Shown: positions 52,886 through 63,467 of the stretch, in pieces | How the letters are laid out: every line of letters begins with the position of its first letter | How positions within the stretch are numbered: the first letter of the stretch is position 1 | Translations under genes and position numbers: made by a program | Notes under the pieces: generated by a model | Databases searched by the model: none | Seen by the model: the letters and a program-made list of their open reading frames with translations, nothing else | Told to the model about the DNA's origin: nothing | Assembly: GCF_026210795.1 (NCBI RefSeq) | Contig: NC_089434.1 | Coordinates: 4,340,001 to 4,404,000, forward strand | Direction of reading: 5' to 3' | Length of the DNA stretch: 64,000 nucleotides | DNA from: Rhizophagus irregularis | Taxonomy: Eukaryota

Positions 52886-54622
52886 ATGGCAGTAACAAGA
52901 GATGAATTCAGAACAGATATAAGAGCAGTAACGAATACTATGTATGGTCATGATATTGGGCCAGATTGGAACAATTTAGCAGTACCACCAATAACATTGA
53001 CAGGATTACAAGGAGAAGTTCAAGCGAATACTAATGCAATAGGAAATTTAAACGCAAATAGGGGAGCTATTGTGGAAATACCAGCATTTTATGGTACCAG
53101 TGGAGAAGATCCAGAAGAATGGGCAGATAAATTTGAGGAGACATTTACAGCGAATGGTTTAGGGAATGATGATGCACAGAGATTTAGAATAGCAAAAGCG
53201 AGATTAATGGGAGGAGCAGCAGATTGGTTAAAGACTGAAGGAGTAAATATTGTCGATTGGAATGTTAATGGAGATCATAATTTAAGATTAAGAGAAAGAA
53301 TAATTGGAAAGTATGCAAGTGATGAAATTAAAGATAGATGGCTAGAACAATTAGAAAAGATTAGACAGGGAGACGAGAATGTAACTCAATACCTTACGAG
53401 ATTTAAGTATATGTTAAAGAGAGCGGGAGGTGATGCAGCAGTAGCAGCAAATCAGCAAAAGAGAATTTTTAATAGAGGATTAAAACCAGACTTTACTAAA
53501 GACGTAGTAATGGGAAATCCAGCAGATTTAAACGCAGCATTTCAGATAGCAAAAAACGTAGAAAGAGGTTTAGAAGCATTAACAGATAAAGTACAACCAA
53601 AAGAAATTAATGATGAACAAAGAAGACAAGGACCTATTGTTCAAGGGAATGTAAGGAATAATAGAGAGGTAAATGTAGATGAATTAACAAGCAGTTTTGC
53701 GAAGTTACAAATTAAGATATTAGAAGATGAGAATGAAAGATTAAGAAATTTAGCGAGTCAGAGTTATAGGCAATTGCCACAAAGAAACCAACCAACACAA
53801 AGAAATCAACCAATTCAAAGAAATCAGTCATTCCAAAGAAGGGTACTGACATGTTTTACATGTGGTAGAATTGGTCATTATTCAAGAGAGTGTCCGGAGA
53901 AAAGAAGGAATGTAAGAGTGAATATGATGGACGAATACAATGACCAAGAGGAATACGATTATAATGGATATGAATGTGAGGAACCACAATACGGTGAAAT
54001 GTATTATACACAAGGTTATTACGATGATTATGAAGATAGGGAATTAAATTACTATAATGAGTTATACGCAAAAGATAACGCAGTAAAACCAAGAAGACAA
54101 TCAAGAAGGACGAATCCAATAGTAGGATATAAAAATAATAATGAAGAAGGAAATCTACAAGAAGAATTAAGAGAGGCAGGAAATAGGATGGATGATAGAG
54201 AAATACCAAGTGGAACAACAGGATACACGCCTGAATGGACAGAACAAAATAATGTATACAAAGATAGTCAAAATTGGGACAATCCAATAGGACCGGAAAA
54301 TTATAATTATGGTCATCGACCTATGACAAAAGATGGAAGATTTTATAAACCAATGTTCACAAAAGGAGGCAAAGTATTCTACCCCGGAATGCGACAAGAC
54401 GAATCTGGAGAATGGGCTAGAACAAAGCCATCAGGAACAGGAAAACCCAGAGTATATGGACCGAGATTAACAGATGAAATACCACCTTACGATATTGTAG
54501 GAGACGTAAAAAATTGTAGAGCAAATATAACATATGGACAATTAATAAATGAGAATACTAAGTATCATAAGCAATTGAGAGAAGGAACATATAGACCAAG
54601 GAGCATAAATGAGAAAAATTGA
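52886..54622 (+). CDS. gag: Gag
   Basis: FYGTSGEDPEEW, IRQGDENVTQYLTRF (major-homology-like), zinc knuckle CFTCGRIGHYSREC. Confidence 0.92.
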   Translation: MAVTRDEFRTDIRAVTNTMYGHDIGPDWNNLAVPPITLTGLQGEVQANTNAIGNLNANRGAIVEIPAFYGTSGEDPEEWADKFEETFTANGLGNDDAQRFRIAKARLMGGAADWLKTEGVNIVDWNVNGDHNLRLRERIIGKYASDEIKDRWLEQLEKIRQGDENVTQYLTRFKYMLKRAGGDAAVAANQQKRIFNRGLKPDFTKDVVMGNPADLNAAFQIAKNVERGLEALTDKVQPKEINDEQRRQGPIVQGNVRNNREVNVDELTSSFAKLQIKILEDENERLRNLASQSYRQLPQRNQPTQRNQPIQRNQSFQRRVLTCFTCGRIGHYSRECPEKRRNVRVNMMDEYNDQEEYDYNGYECEEPQYGEMYYTQGYYDDYEDRELNYYNELYAKDNAVKPRRQSRRTNPIVGYKNNNEEGNLQEELREAGNRMDDREIPSGTTGYTPEWTEQNNVYKDSQNWDNPIGPENYNYGHRPMTKDGRFYKPMFTKGGKVFYPGMRQDESGEWARTKPSGTGKPRVYGPRLTDEIPPYDIVGDVKNCRANITYGQLINENTKYHKQLREGTYRPRSINEKN

Positions 54623-55135
54623 CTACACTCAGTGGGAACTATGAAAAATGAGGAAAAAATAACTACAGCAATGAGAACGGAATTAGAAGTTGAAGATCAA
54701 TTAGTGAATGTAATAATAGATACTGGAGCAGCAGTAAGCGTGATAACAGATAAATTAAGAAGAAGATTGAATATACCTATATTTGGAAAAAGTAAATTTA
54801 GATGTACAATAGCAAATGGGCAAAAGATAGTAGCATTAGGAAAGGCAAATATAACTTTAAGATACAAAGATGAATTAGAGATATTAAAAGAAGTTGAAGT
54901 GATCAATTCAGAAGAAGATGATCTAATTTTGGGAAATGACATATAGAAGTTGTATAACACAAAAATAAATTTTGAAGATCATACCTTAAGAATAGAAGAA
55001 CAGGGAGAAATAATAACGATTCCAGTAGGATATGAAAGAGAAGTAGCATATGAAAGTGAGAAGAGTGAGGACGATGAAGAATATGAAAGTAACGATGAAG
55101 AAGAGGTATTCAAAATGCACCAGAATTTTAAATAG
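54623..55135 (+). CDS. Retroviral-type aspartic protease, in frame with gag, with an internal TAG
   Basis: VIIDTGAAVSVI and LILGND motifs; TAG at 54944-54946, after which the same frame continues to 55135. Confidence 0.85.
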
Positions 55136-55170
55136 AAAGTCTTGGCTCTGAAGAGAGAGAGACGGAAAAG

Positions 55171-57252
55171 ATGCTCGAACCAAGTGAAAAATTTATGCAA
55201 AAATTAAGTATAGGGAAAGTAGAAGAACCAATTTGGGAAAATATGGTAAAATTACTATTAGAATACCAAGATATTTTGGAATACGATGAGGAAATAGAAG
55301 GAAGAACGAAAGCAGCGCAACATGAGATAAAAATAAAAGATGGGGTAGAACCAATAAAGCAAAGAAGATATAAAGAAACAGATGAAAAGGCAAAATTTAT
55401 AAGCGAAGAAGTAGATAAATTGTTAAAACAAGGAAGGATAAGGAAATCAAAAAGTCCATGGAGTTCACCGGTTACATTAGCAGGAACAAAAACGGGAAAA
55501 TATAGATTCTGTATTGATTACAGAAAGTTAAACAAAATAACTATAATGGATAGTTTTCCTTTACCAAGAATGGATGAATTGTTAGACAAATACAGAAAAG
55601 CAAAATGGTTTTCAAGTATAGATTTAGCGGCAGGATTTAATCAGGTAGAAATGAAAGAAGAAGACAAAGAAAAAACAGCATTTGTATGTTCGAAAGGATT
55701 GTTTGAATATAATGTAATGCCGTTCGGTTTAACGAATGTACCAGCAACATTTCAAAGATTAATGAATGAAATATTAGAAGAATACATAAACGATTTTGTA
55801 GTAGTATATATCGATGATATTATGATATATTCAGAAAATTTAAAAGACCATATGGAACATGTGGAAAAAGTATTAAAGAAGTTACAGGAGAATAATTTAA
55901 TAATAAAATTAAAGAAATGTAGATTTTTGGAAAGAAACATAGAATTTTTAGGACATATAGTAGGAAATGATGGATTAAGGCCAGACGATAAAAAGATAGA
56001 AAAGATAAAAGAAATGAAGGCACCAACAACAGTGAAAGAAGTAAGATCATTTTTAGGACTTTGTTCATATTACAGAAAATTTGTGAAGAATTTTTCAAAG
56101 ATAGCAAGACCAATAAGTGATTTGAGAAAGAAGGGAATACCTTTCATTTGGGGAAGAGAACAACAAGAAGCGTTTGAAAAATTGAAAGAAAAGTTAATAC
56201 AATATCCAATATTGCGACATCCAGATTGGAAGAAAGAATTTCTATTAATAACAGATGCATCAGGAAAAGGATTAGGTGCAGTATTAAGTCAAAAAGATGA
56301 AAAAGGAAAAGAAGTAGTAATAGCATATGCAAGTAGAAGCTTATTACCAGCAGAAGAAAATTATCCGATAACAGAATTGGAATGTTTAGGAATAGTTTGG
56401 GGAATTCAACATTTTCATAAATATTTGATCGATAGAAAATTTAAAGTAATAACAGATCACAATGCATTAAAAGGATTAATGAATGCAAAGATACCAAAAG
56501 GAAAAAGAGCAAGATGGGTGATGGAATTACAGCAATATAATTTTGAAGTAATACATAGATCAGGAAAAGAAAACACGAATGCCGACGCATTAAGTAGGTT
56601 ATTGAAGATAGTAGAGGATCAACCAGAAATAGTAATAATCGACAGAGTAGATGGATTAGGAAAAACAAGTATAGTACAAAATTTAATTAGAGAATGGGAA
56701 AAACAAGGATTAAAAGTAAGATTCAATACCTATAAAAGGAGAAGAAAAGATAAAGATGAATTTTATGAATCAAAGATGGAGACGGAATGGAAATTCAGAA
56801 AAGAAGTAGTGGAACAAATAAACAGAAGAATGTTAGAATATGATGAAGATACAGATATAATAATTTTAGACAAATCACCATATTGTGAATATTATTATCA
56901 AAAGACGAAAAGTTTTGACAGAGGATTAATTACTCCACATGGAAATCATGAGATGGAAAAAGAAATATTCAGATTGAAAGAAACAATAGATAAATCTATA
57001 GTGATATTTTTAGAAAAAGATGGTGATGTATGTTGGAAAAATTACATCAGAAGAGAAACGAAGAAAACGGAAAAATCATCATATCCAACATTAAAGAAGG
57101 ATGAATATTTGGACATGGTTAAAATGTTTGAAGAAAATCAGAGCGTGTACAAAAATACCAAAAGATACAGTCGAGTAAAAGTTAAAAATGACGATAATAG
57201 CTGGAGAAAAGTATTTAAAGAGGTGGAGAAATGGAGAAAAGCACAGAACTAA
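55171..57252 (+). CDS. pol: Reverse transcriptase-RNase H fused to a P-loop nucleotide-kinase-like domain
   Basis: RFCIDYRKLN, MPFGL, YIDD, TDASG, ELECL, NADALSR; then IVIIDRVDGLGKTS and ILDKSPYCEYYYQ. Confidence 0.92.
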   Translation: MLEPSEKFMQKLSIGKVEEPIWENMVKLLLEYQDILEYDEEIEGRTKAAQHEIKIKDGVEPIKQRRYKETDEKAKFISEEVDKLLKQGRIRKSKSPWSSPVTLAGTKTGKYRFCIDYRKLNKITIMDSFPLPRMDELLDKYRKAKWFSSIDLAAGFNQVEMKEEDKEKTAFVCSKGLFEYNVMPFGLTNVPATFQRLMNEILEEYINDFVVVYIDDIMIYSENLKDHMEHVEKVLKKLQENNLIIKLKKCRFLERNIEFLGHIVGNDGLRPDDKKIEKIKEMKAPTTVKEVRSFLGLCSYYRKFVKNFSKIARPISDLRKKGIPFIWGREQQEAFEKLKEKLIQYPILRHPDWKKEFLLITDASGKGLGAVLSQKDEKGKEVVIAYASRSLLPAEENYPITELECLGIVWGIQHFHKYLIDRKFKVITDHNALKGLMNAKIPKGKRARWVMELQQYNFEVIHRSGKENTNADALSRLLKIVEDQPEIVIIDRVDGLGKTSIVQNLIREWEKQGLKVRFNTYKRRRKDKDEFYESKMETEWKFRKEVVEQINRRMLEYDEDTDIIILDKSPYCEYYYQKTKSFDRGLITPHGNHEMEKEIFRLKETIDKSIVIFLEKDGDVCWKNYIRRETKKTEKSSYPTLKKDEYLDMVKMFEENQSVYKNTKRYSRVKVKNDDNSWRKVFKEVEKWRKAQN

Positions 57253-57312
57253 AAATATAGGATACATAACAAAAATAACAAATTTAGAAGTAGAATCAAT
57301 TAAAGAAATATT

Positions 57313-58557
57313 ATGGGAGAAAATAATTACAAGAGTATAATAGACAATATTGAAAAAGAGAATAAGTATGAATTGAAAGAGGGAATTTTATATAGAGTGA
57401 AAGGACAAAACAAATTTAGAGTAATCAGGGATTTTGAATACGAAGGATTAATGTATATGATGCATGATAATGAATTATCAGGACATTTTGGGATAGAAGC
57501 GACATTAGATAGAATAAAAGAAAATTATTGGTGGAAAAATATGAAGGAAGATGTAGAAGAATATGTAAAGACATGTTGGAATTGTCAGATGAGAGGAAAA
57601 CCAAGAGGAAAGAACGAATTAACGTCAATAAAGATAAATGAACCATTCGAGATGATTGGAATAGATATAGTTGGACCATTAAAAGAGACAGAAAAGGGAA
57701 ATAAGTATATTGTAGTAGCAATGGATTATTTTACAAAATGGCCCGAGGCCGCACCACTAAAAGAAGCTACGGCTAAAGAGGTAGTAGAATTTATTTGGAA
57801 GGACATAATTTGTAGACATGGGTATCCAAAGAAAATAATTAGTGATAGAGGGACTCACTTTAACAATAAAATGATGGAAGAATTAGTAGAAAGATGTGGG
57901 ATAAATCATAGATTAAGTACACCATATAGGCCACAAATGAATGGTTTGGTCGAAAGATTCAATAAAACTTTATGCGAGGGATTAGCCAAATTAGGAGAAG
58001 AAAATTGGGATAAACATATACCATCTGTATTATTTGCATATAGAACAAGGAAGCAATCATCAACAAAAATTAAACCTTTTTACGCGACATACGGAAGGAG
58101 AGCAAAACTACCATTAGATAAGGATGAAAATAAGATAACATTAGCTGATAGAGTAAAAGTACTAATTGAGGAGCTACCGGTAATAAGAAGAAAAATAAAA
58201 GAAAATGTGAAAGAAGCTCAAGAGAAACAAAAACAACAACATGACGAAAGAGGAATTAGAAAACCTAAATTTGAAATAGGAGAAAAAGTATTATTATATG
58301 AAGCATGGAGAGAGAAACAATGGTCTGGAAAATTGCAGAACAAATGGAAAGGACCATATTTAATTCACGAAGAATTTGGAAACGGAGCATATAAACTCAA
58401 AGAATTAGACGGAAGAATATTGAAAACACCACAGAATGGAGAATGGTTAAAGAAATTTTATAATCGGGAGAGATTTACACCAAAAATAGTAATTAAAGGA
58501 AAAGAGGTATTCGATAAGGGGAGTTACACATATCACGTAATATTCATTTTATTATAA
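57313..58557 (+). CDS. Integrase (HHCC, DDE core, GPY/F), separate ORF
   Basis: H..GHFG..CWNC, GIDIVGP, SDRGTHF, NGLVERFN, KWKGPY. Confidence 0.93.
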   Translation: MGENNYKSIIDNIEKENKYELKEGILYRVKGQNKFRVIRDFEYEGLMYMMHDNELSGHFGIEATLDRIKENYWWKNMKEDVEEYVKTCWNCQMRGKPRGKNELTSIKINEPFEMIGIDIVGPLKETEKGNKYIVVAMDYFTKWPEAAPLKEATAKEVVEFIWKDIICRHGYPKKIISDRGTHFNNKMMEELVERCGINHRLSTPYRPQMNGLVERFNKTLCEGLAKLGEENWDKHIPSVLFAYRTRKQSSTKIKPFYATYGRRAKLPLDKDENKITLADRVKVLIEELPVIRRKIKENVKEAQEKQKQQHDERGIRKPKFEIGEKVLLYEAWREKQWSGKLQNKWKGPYLIHEEFGNGAYKLKELDGRILKTPQNGEWLKKFYNRERFTPKIVIKGKEVFDKGSYTYHVIFILL

Positions 58558-58699
58558 ACCTTACCCCCCCCTCCTGTTAGATTTCATAACCAATCAAATT
58601 ATAATATTTATAAATCATATGATTTAAATAAGTGTAACGTAAAATTTTAACTACCCCCTCCCCCCCTATAATAATTACATAATATGTGTAAGCTCCCTA
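58516..58699. mobile_element. Small MITE-like inverted repeat (PIF/Harbinger-like) at the integrase 3' end
   Basis: aggggagttacacatat ... atatgtgtaagctccct with taa on both sides and internal C-runs; composition differs from the purine-rich element strand. Confidence 0.55.
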
Positions 58700-58784
58700 A
58701 GACCCGAGTTCGATTCGATTAAAATTATTATGGATAAGACACGAGTTCGATTCTATTAAAGTTATTTGTGAGGTCACAAATAGC

Positions 58785-58794
58785 GAAGGGGGGA
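58785..58794 (+). promoter_or_regulatory. Polypurine tract
   Basis: gaagggggga 3 nt before the 3' LTR. Confidence 0.85.
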
Positions 58795-58797
58795 TAA

Positions 58798-59968
58798 TGT
58801 AAATGGTCGAATATCAAGCACGAAAAGATGATAAAATTCAACTACCAAACGTAATTGCCAAATGTTAAGAACGAACAAATTAATTATGAATTGGCGTAGA
58901 TGGATAAATAATTAGCCGAAAAGGATAAACATTTAGGAAGAGTAATGATCTACATAATGTAATATTTATCAAATGATTGACAAAGAACCAATAGGATAAA
59001 TAGAGTCGATCAATTGGGGCTTAGCAATCTTTAACAATAAGAACGATAAGAAAGAATAATTATAAGCCACAAAAGATAGGTTATAAGCAAAACACATAAA
59101 GCAAGTTAAAAGAACATATAAAATAATGTCAGAAAGATTAAAGAACATAAAATAATATAAAAGATAATATAAAAAGATAGTATAAAGATGGAACGTAAAA
59201 GATAATATATTAAAAAGAACATATATAAAAAGATAATATATTAAAAAGAACATATATAAAAAGATAATATATTAAAAAGAACATATATAAAAAGATAATA
59301 TATTAAAAAGAATATATAAAAGATAACATATTAAAAGATAGCGTATTTAAAATATAGATAGCATATTAGAAAGATAGTTCAAAGATAATATGTAAAAAGA
59401 ATATAAAAGATAGTATATAGATAGAATAGAAAGTAGCATAAAATTTGTATAAATAGAGAACGGAATTCAAAGTAATTCCACAGTTCTCATCCACAGAACT
59501 CAATAAAAATATAAGTTTCATTTAATTATGTGTTAGTAAAGTTTAATGTTAATTAAAGGTAATAGGTTCGCCCTAAACTTTAATTAATGTTCGCTTAATT
59601 AATTTTAATTAAATAAATGAAAATTTTAAGATGAATTAAATATATGTTTTTGAAAAGTAATAATTCGTAGCGAGAGCTATCGAATTTTGAAATTAAAGAT
59701 AAAAGTGGATATAATTTGGGAAAATTTAGAGAAGTTAATTTTATTTTATATCGTTCAACGTTTTATATTACTAACGCTATTTATGTTATGAACCAAGAAT
59801 GTTGTTGTATGTTGTTCGTTGATTATGTTGTTTGTTAATTATGCTGTTGATTATTCGCTTGTTCATTTATTTGTTCATTCGTTTGTTCATTCGTTCGTTC
59901 GACCATGAGAATGCCCTTTCAATGTGGCAACTCTGTAAATTGATGACAGAGGGAATTGGGGGATCTCA
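58798..59968 (+). repeat. 3' LTR (1171 bp)
   Basis: Near-identical to the 5' LTR, with a handful of substitutions and one 31-bp unit fewer. Confidence 0.95.
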
Positions 59969-62760
59969 ACGAACTCTTAGAAAATTCTCTATCAAAAATG
60001 CCCTAAATGATCCTTTTAGTTAAAAAATTCTCGAAAAACCATTTCCCAAACAAATTCTTAGAAAATTCTCTATCAAAAATGTTCCAAACGTTCCCTTTAG
60101 TTAAAAAATTCTCAAAAACAATCTCTCCAAACGAATCATTAGAAAATTCTCTATCAAAAATGCCCTAAGCGATCCCCTTAATTAAAAAATACAAAAAATA
60201 ATTTCCCTAAACGAACTCTTAGAAAATTCTCAATCAAAAATGCCCTAAATGATCCTTTTAATTAAAAAATTCTCAAAAAACCATTTCCCAAACAAATTCT
60301 TAGAAAATTCTCTATCAAAAATGTTCCAAACGTTCCCTTTAGTTAAAAAATTCTCAAAAACAATCTCTTCAAACGAATCATTAGAAAATTCTCTATCAAA
60401 AATGCCTTAAGTGATCCCCTTAATTAAAAAATACAAAAAATAATTTCCCCAAACGAACTCTTAGAAAATTCTCTATCAAAAATGCCCTAAATGATCCTTT
60501 TAGTTAAAAAATTCTCAAAAAACCATTTCCCAAACAAATTCTTAGAAAATTCTCTATCAAAAATGTTCCAAACGTTCCCTTTAGTTAAAAAATTCTCAAA
60601 AACAATCTCTTCAAACGAATCATTAGAAAATTCTCTATCTAAAATGCCCTAAATGATCCTTTTAGTTAAAAAATTCTCGAAAAACCATTTCCCAAACAAA
60701 TTCTTAGAAAATTCTCTATCAAAAATGTTCCAAACGTTCCCTTTAGTTAAAAAATTCTCAAAAACAATCTCTCCAAACGAATCATTAGAAAATTCTCTAT
60801 CAAAAATGCCCTAAGCGATCCCCTTAATTAAAAAATACAAAAAATAATTTCCCTAAACGAACTCTTAGAAAATTCTCAATCAAAAATGCCCTAAATGATC
60901 CTTTTAGTTAAAAAATTCTCAAAAAACCATTTCCCAAACAAATTCTTAGAAAATTCTCTATCAAAAATGTTCCAAACGTTCCCTTTAGTTAAAAAATTCT
61001 CAAAAACAATCTCTTCAAACGAATCATTAGAAAATTCTCTATCAAAAATGCCCTAAGTGATCCCCTTAATTAAAAAATACAAAAAATAATTTCCCCAAAC
61101 GAACTCTTAGAAAATTCTCTATCAAAAATGCCCTAAATGATCCTTTTAGTTAAAAAATTCTCGAAAAACCATTTCCCAAACAAATTCTTAGAAAATTCTC
61201 TATCAAAAATGTTCCAAGTGTTCCCTTTAGTTAAAAAATTCTCAAAAACAATCTCTCCAAACGAATCATTAGAAAATTCTCTATCAAAAATGCCCTAAGC
61301 GATCCCCTTAATTAAAAAATACAAAAAATAATCTCCCTAAACGAACTCTTAGAAAATTCTCAATCAAAAATGCTCTAAATGATCCTTTAAGTTAAAAAAT
61401 TCTCAAAAAACCATTTCCCAAACAAACTCTTAGAAAATTCTCTATCAAAAAATGTTCCAAACGATCTCTTGGTTAAAAAATTTTCAAAAATAATCTCTCC
61501 AAATGAATCCTTAGAAAATTCTCAATCAAAAAATGCCCTAAACGATCTCCTTAATTAAAAAATTCAAAAAATAATTTCCCTAAACGAACTCTTAGAAAAT
61601 TCTCAATCAAAAAATGCCCTAAATAATCCTTTTAGTTAAAAAATTCTCGAAAAACCATTTTCTAAACGAATTCTTAGAAAATTCTCTATCAAAAATGTTC
61701 CAAACATTCCCTTTAGTTACAAAATTCTCAAAAACAATCTCTCCAAATGAATCATTAGAAAATTCTTTATCAAAAATGCCCTAAGCGATCCCTTTAATTA
61801 AAAAATACAAAAAATAATTTTCTCTAAATGAACTTTTAGAAATTTCTCTATCAAATAATACCTTCAGTTAAAAAATTCTCAAAAAATAATTTTTCCAAAC
61901 AAACTCTTAGAAAATTCTCTATCAAAAAAATTCTCTATCAAAAAATGTTCCAATGGTCCCTTTGGTTAAAAAATTCTCAAAAATAATCTCCCTAAATGAA
62001 CTCTTAGAAAATTCTCAATCAAAAAATGCCCTAAACGATCCCCTTAATTAAAAAATTCAAAAAATAATTTCCCTAAACGAACTCAGAAAATTCTCAATCA
62101 AAAAATGCCCTAAACGATCCCCTTAATTAAAAAATTCAAAAAATAATTTCCCTAAACGAACTCTTAGAAAATTCTCAATCAAAAAATGCCCTAAACGATC
62201 CCCTTAATTAAAAAATTCAAAAAATAATTTCCCTGAACAAACTCTTAGAAAATTCTCAATCAAAAAATGCCCTAAATGATCCTTTTAGTTAAAAAATTCT
62301 TGAAAACCTATTTCCCAAACAAATTCTTAGAAAATTCTCTATCAAAAATGTTCCAAACGTTCCCTTTAATTAAAAAATTCTCAAAAACAATCTCTCCAAA
62401 CGAATCATTAGAAAATTCTCTATCAAAAATGTCCTAAGCGATCCCCTTAATTAAAAAATTCAAAAAATAATTTCCCTAAACGAACTCTTAGAAAATTCTC
62501 AATCAAAAAATGCCCAAATGATCCTTTTAGTTAAAAAATTCTCAAAAAACCATTTCCCAAACAAATTCTTAGAAAATTCTCTATCAAAAAATGTTCCAAA
62601 CGGTCCCTTTAGTTAAAAAATTCTCAAAAATAATCTCTCCAAACAAATCTTTAGAAAATTCTCTATCAAAAATGCTCTAAATGATCCTCTTAGTTAAAAA
62701 AATAATTTTTCCAAACGGACTCTTAAAAAATTTCTCAAAAAAATCTATCTAAAAGTTTCT
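59969..62760. repeat. ~81-bp satellite with ~242-bp higher-order period, right part
   Basis: Three monomer variants start at ~59999, 60080 and 60161, and the first recurs at 60241 and 60483. Confidence 0.92.
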
Positions 62761-63099
62761 TAAATAAAATCCCTATTAAATATTATTCAAATGGACTTTT
62801 AAAATTTCTTAGAAAATTATTTATAAAAATTATCTAAAAAATGAATTTAAATAAAAAATTTTAGTTGAAACGGATTATATATAATACAGTACGTTGTACA
62901 AAATAAAAATCTTACGTATTAAAATTTACATATCGGGTACCTGATATGTGTAAGATAGATCAATGCCCGATATACAATATCAGTGACTAATAGCTTAACT
63001 ATCGGGTACCCGATATGTAAAAATACCCGATATTTATCCGATTAGCCACCGATATATAGGTGCCCGATATGTACCCGATAGAATTGATTTTGACCAGTG

Positions 63100-63467
63100 C
63101 AAGGAACAGGCTCTTACGAAATTTCCTAAAATTTCACGATCATTCACTGATAGCAAATCCCACATTATTGGTGTTGAATACACCAAAATGAAGGTTTTCC
63201 ACTGATCAGCAGTGAATCCAGAAAAACCTTCCCCTATCGATATTTTATTTGGAATTCGACCCATGTTGGCTGGCAGTTTAATAGCTTCCACTCATTTTTC
63301 CATAATTTTAAGATCGTCCTTAGATATTTTTCCTCCATCAATCCATAAACGTTTTACAATCCAGCTGGCAATTCCGAGAAATAAATTATGCATTGGGTCT
63401 ACGACGCAATGTCTGATTGGATTGAAGTAGGGTAATCTTAACGATTCTGTCCACCTAACAAGATTAT
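63100..63467 (-). pseudogene. CACTA/EnSpm transposase, middle part (continues at 47038)
   Basis: VRWTESLRLPYFNPIRHCVVDPMHNLFLG..GRIP..FTADQWK..GNFVRACSL; one in-frame TGA. Confidence 0.88.

Larger units (their letters stand above)
48827..59968 (+). mobile_element. Full-length Ty3/Gypsy LTR retrotransposon
   Basis: TG...CA LTRs, TSD ACGA, PBS, PPT and gag-PR-RT-RH-IN domain order. Confidence 0.97.
47039..63099. mobile_element. Non-autonomous CACTG element carrying a satellite and a nested Gypsy
   Basis: cactggtcaaaa...ttttgaccagtg, 3-bp TSD CAA (47036-47038, 63100-63102), subterminal atcgggtacccgat repeats shared with the 44790 MITE. Confidence 0.9.

Noticed and set aside
53856..57721. Many minus-strand ORFs over gag-pol
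   Set aside because: Leu/Phe/Ser-rich shadows of the purine-rich coding strand.
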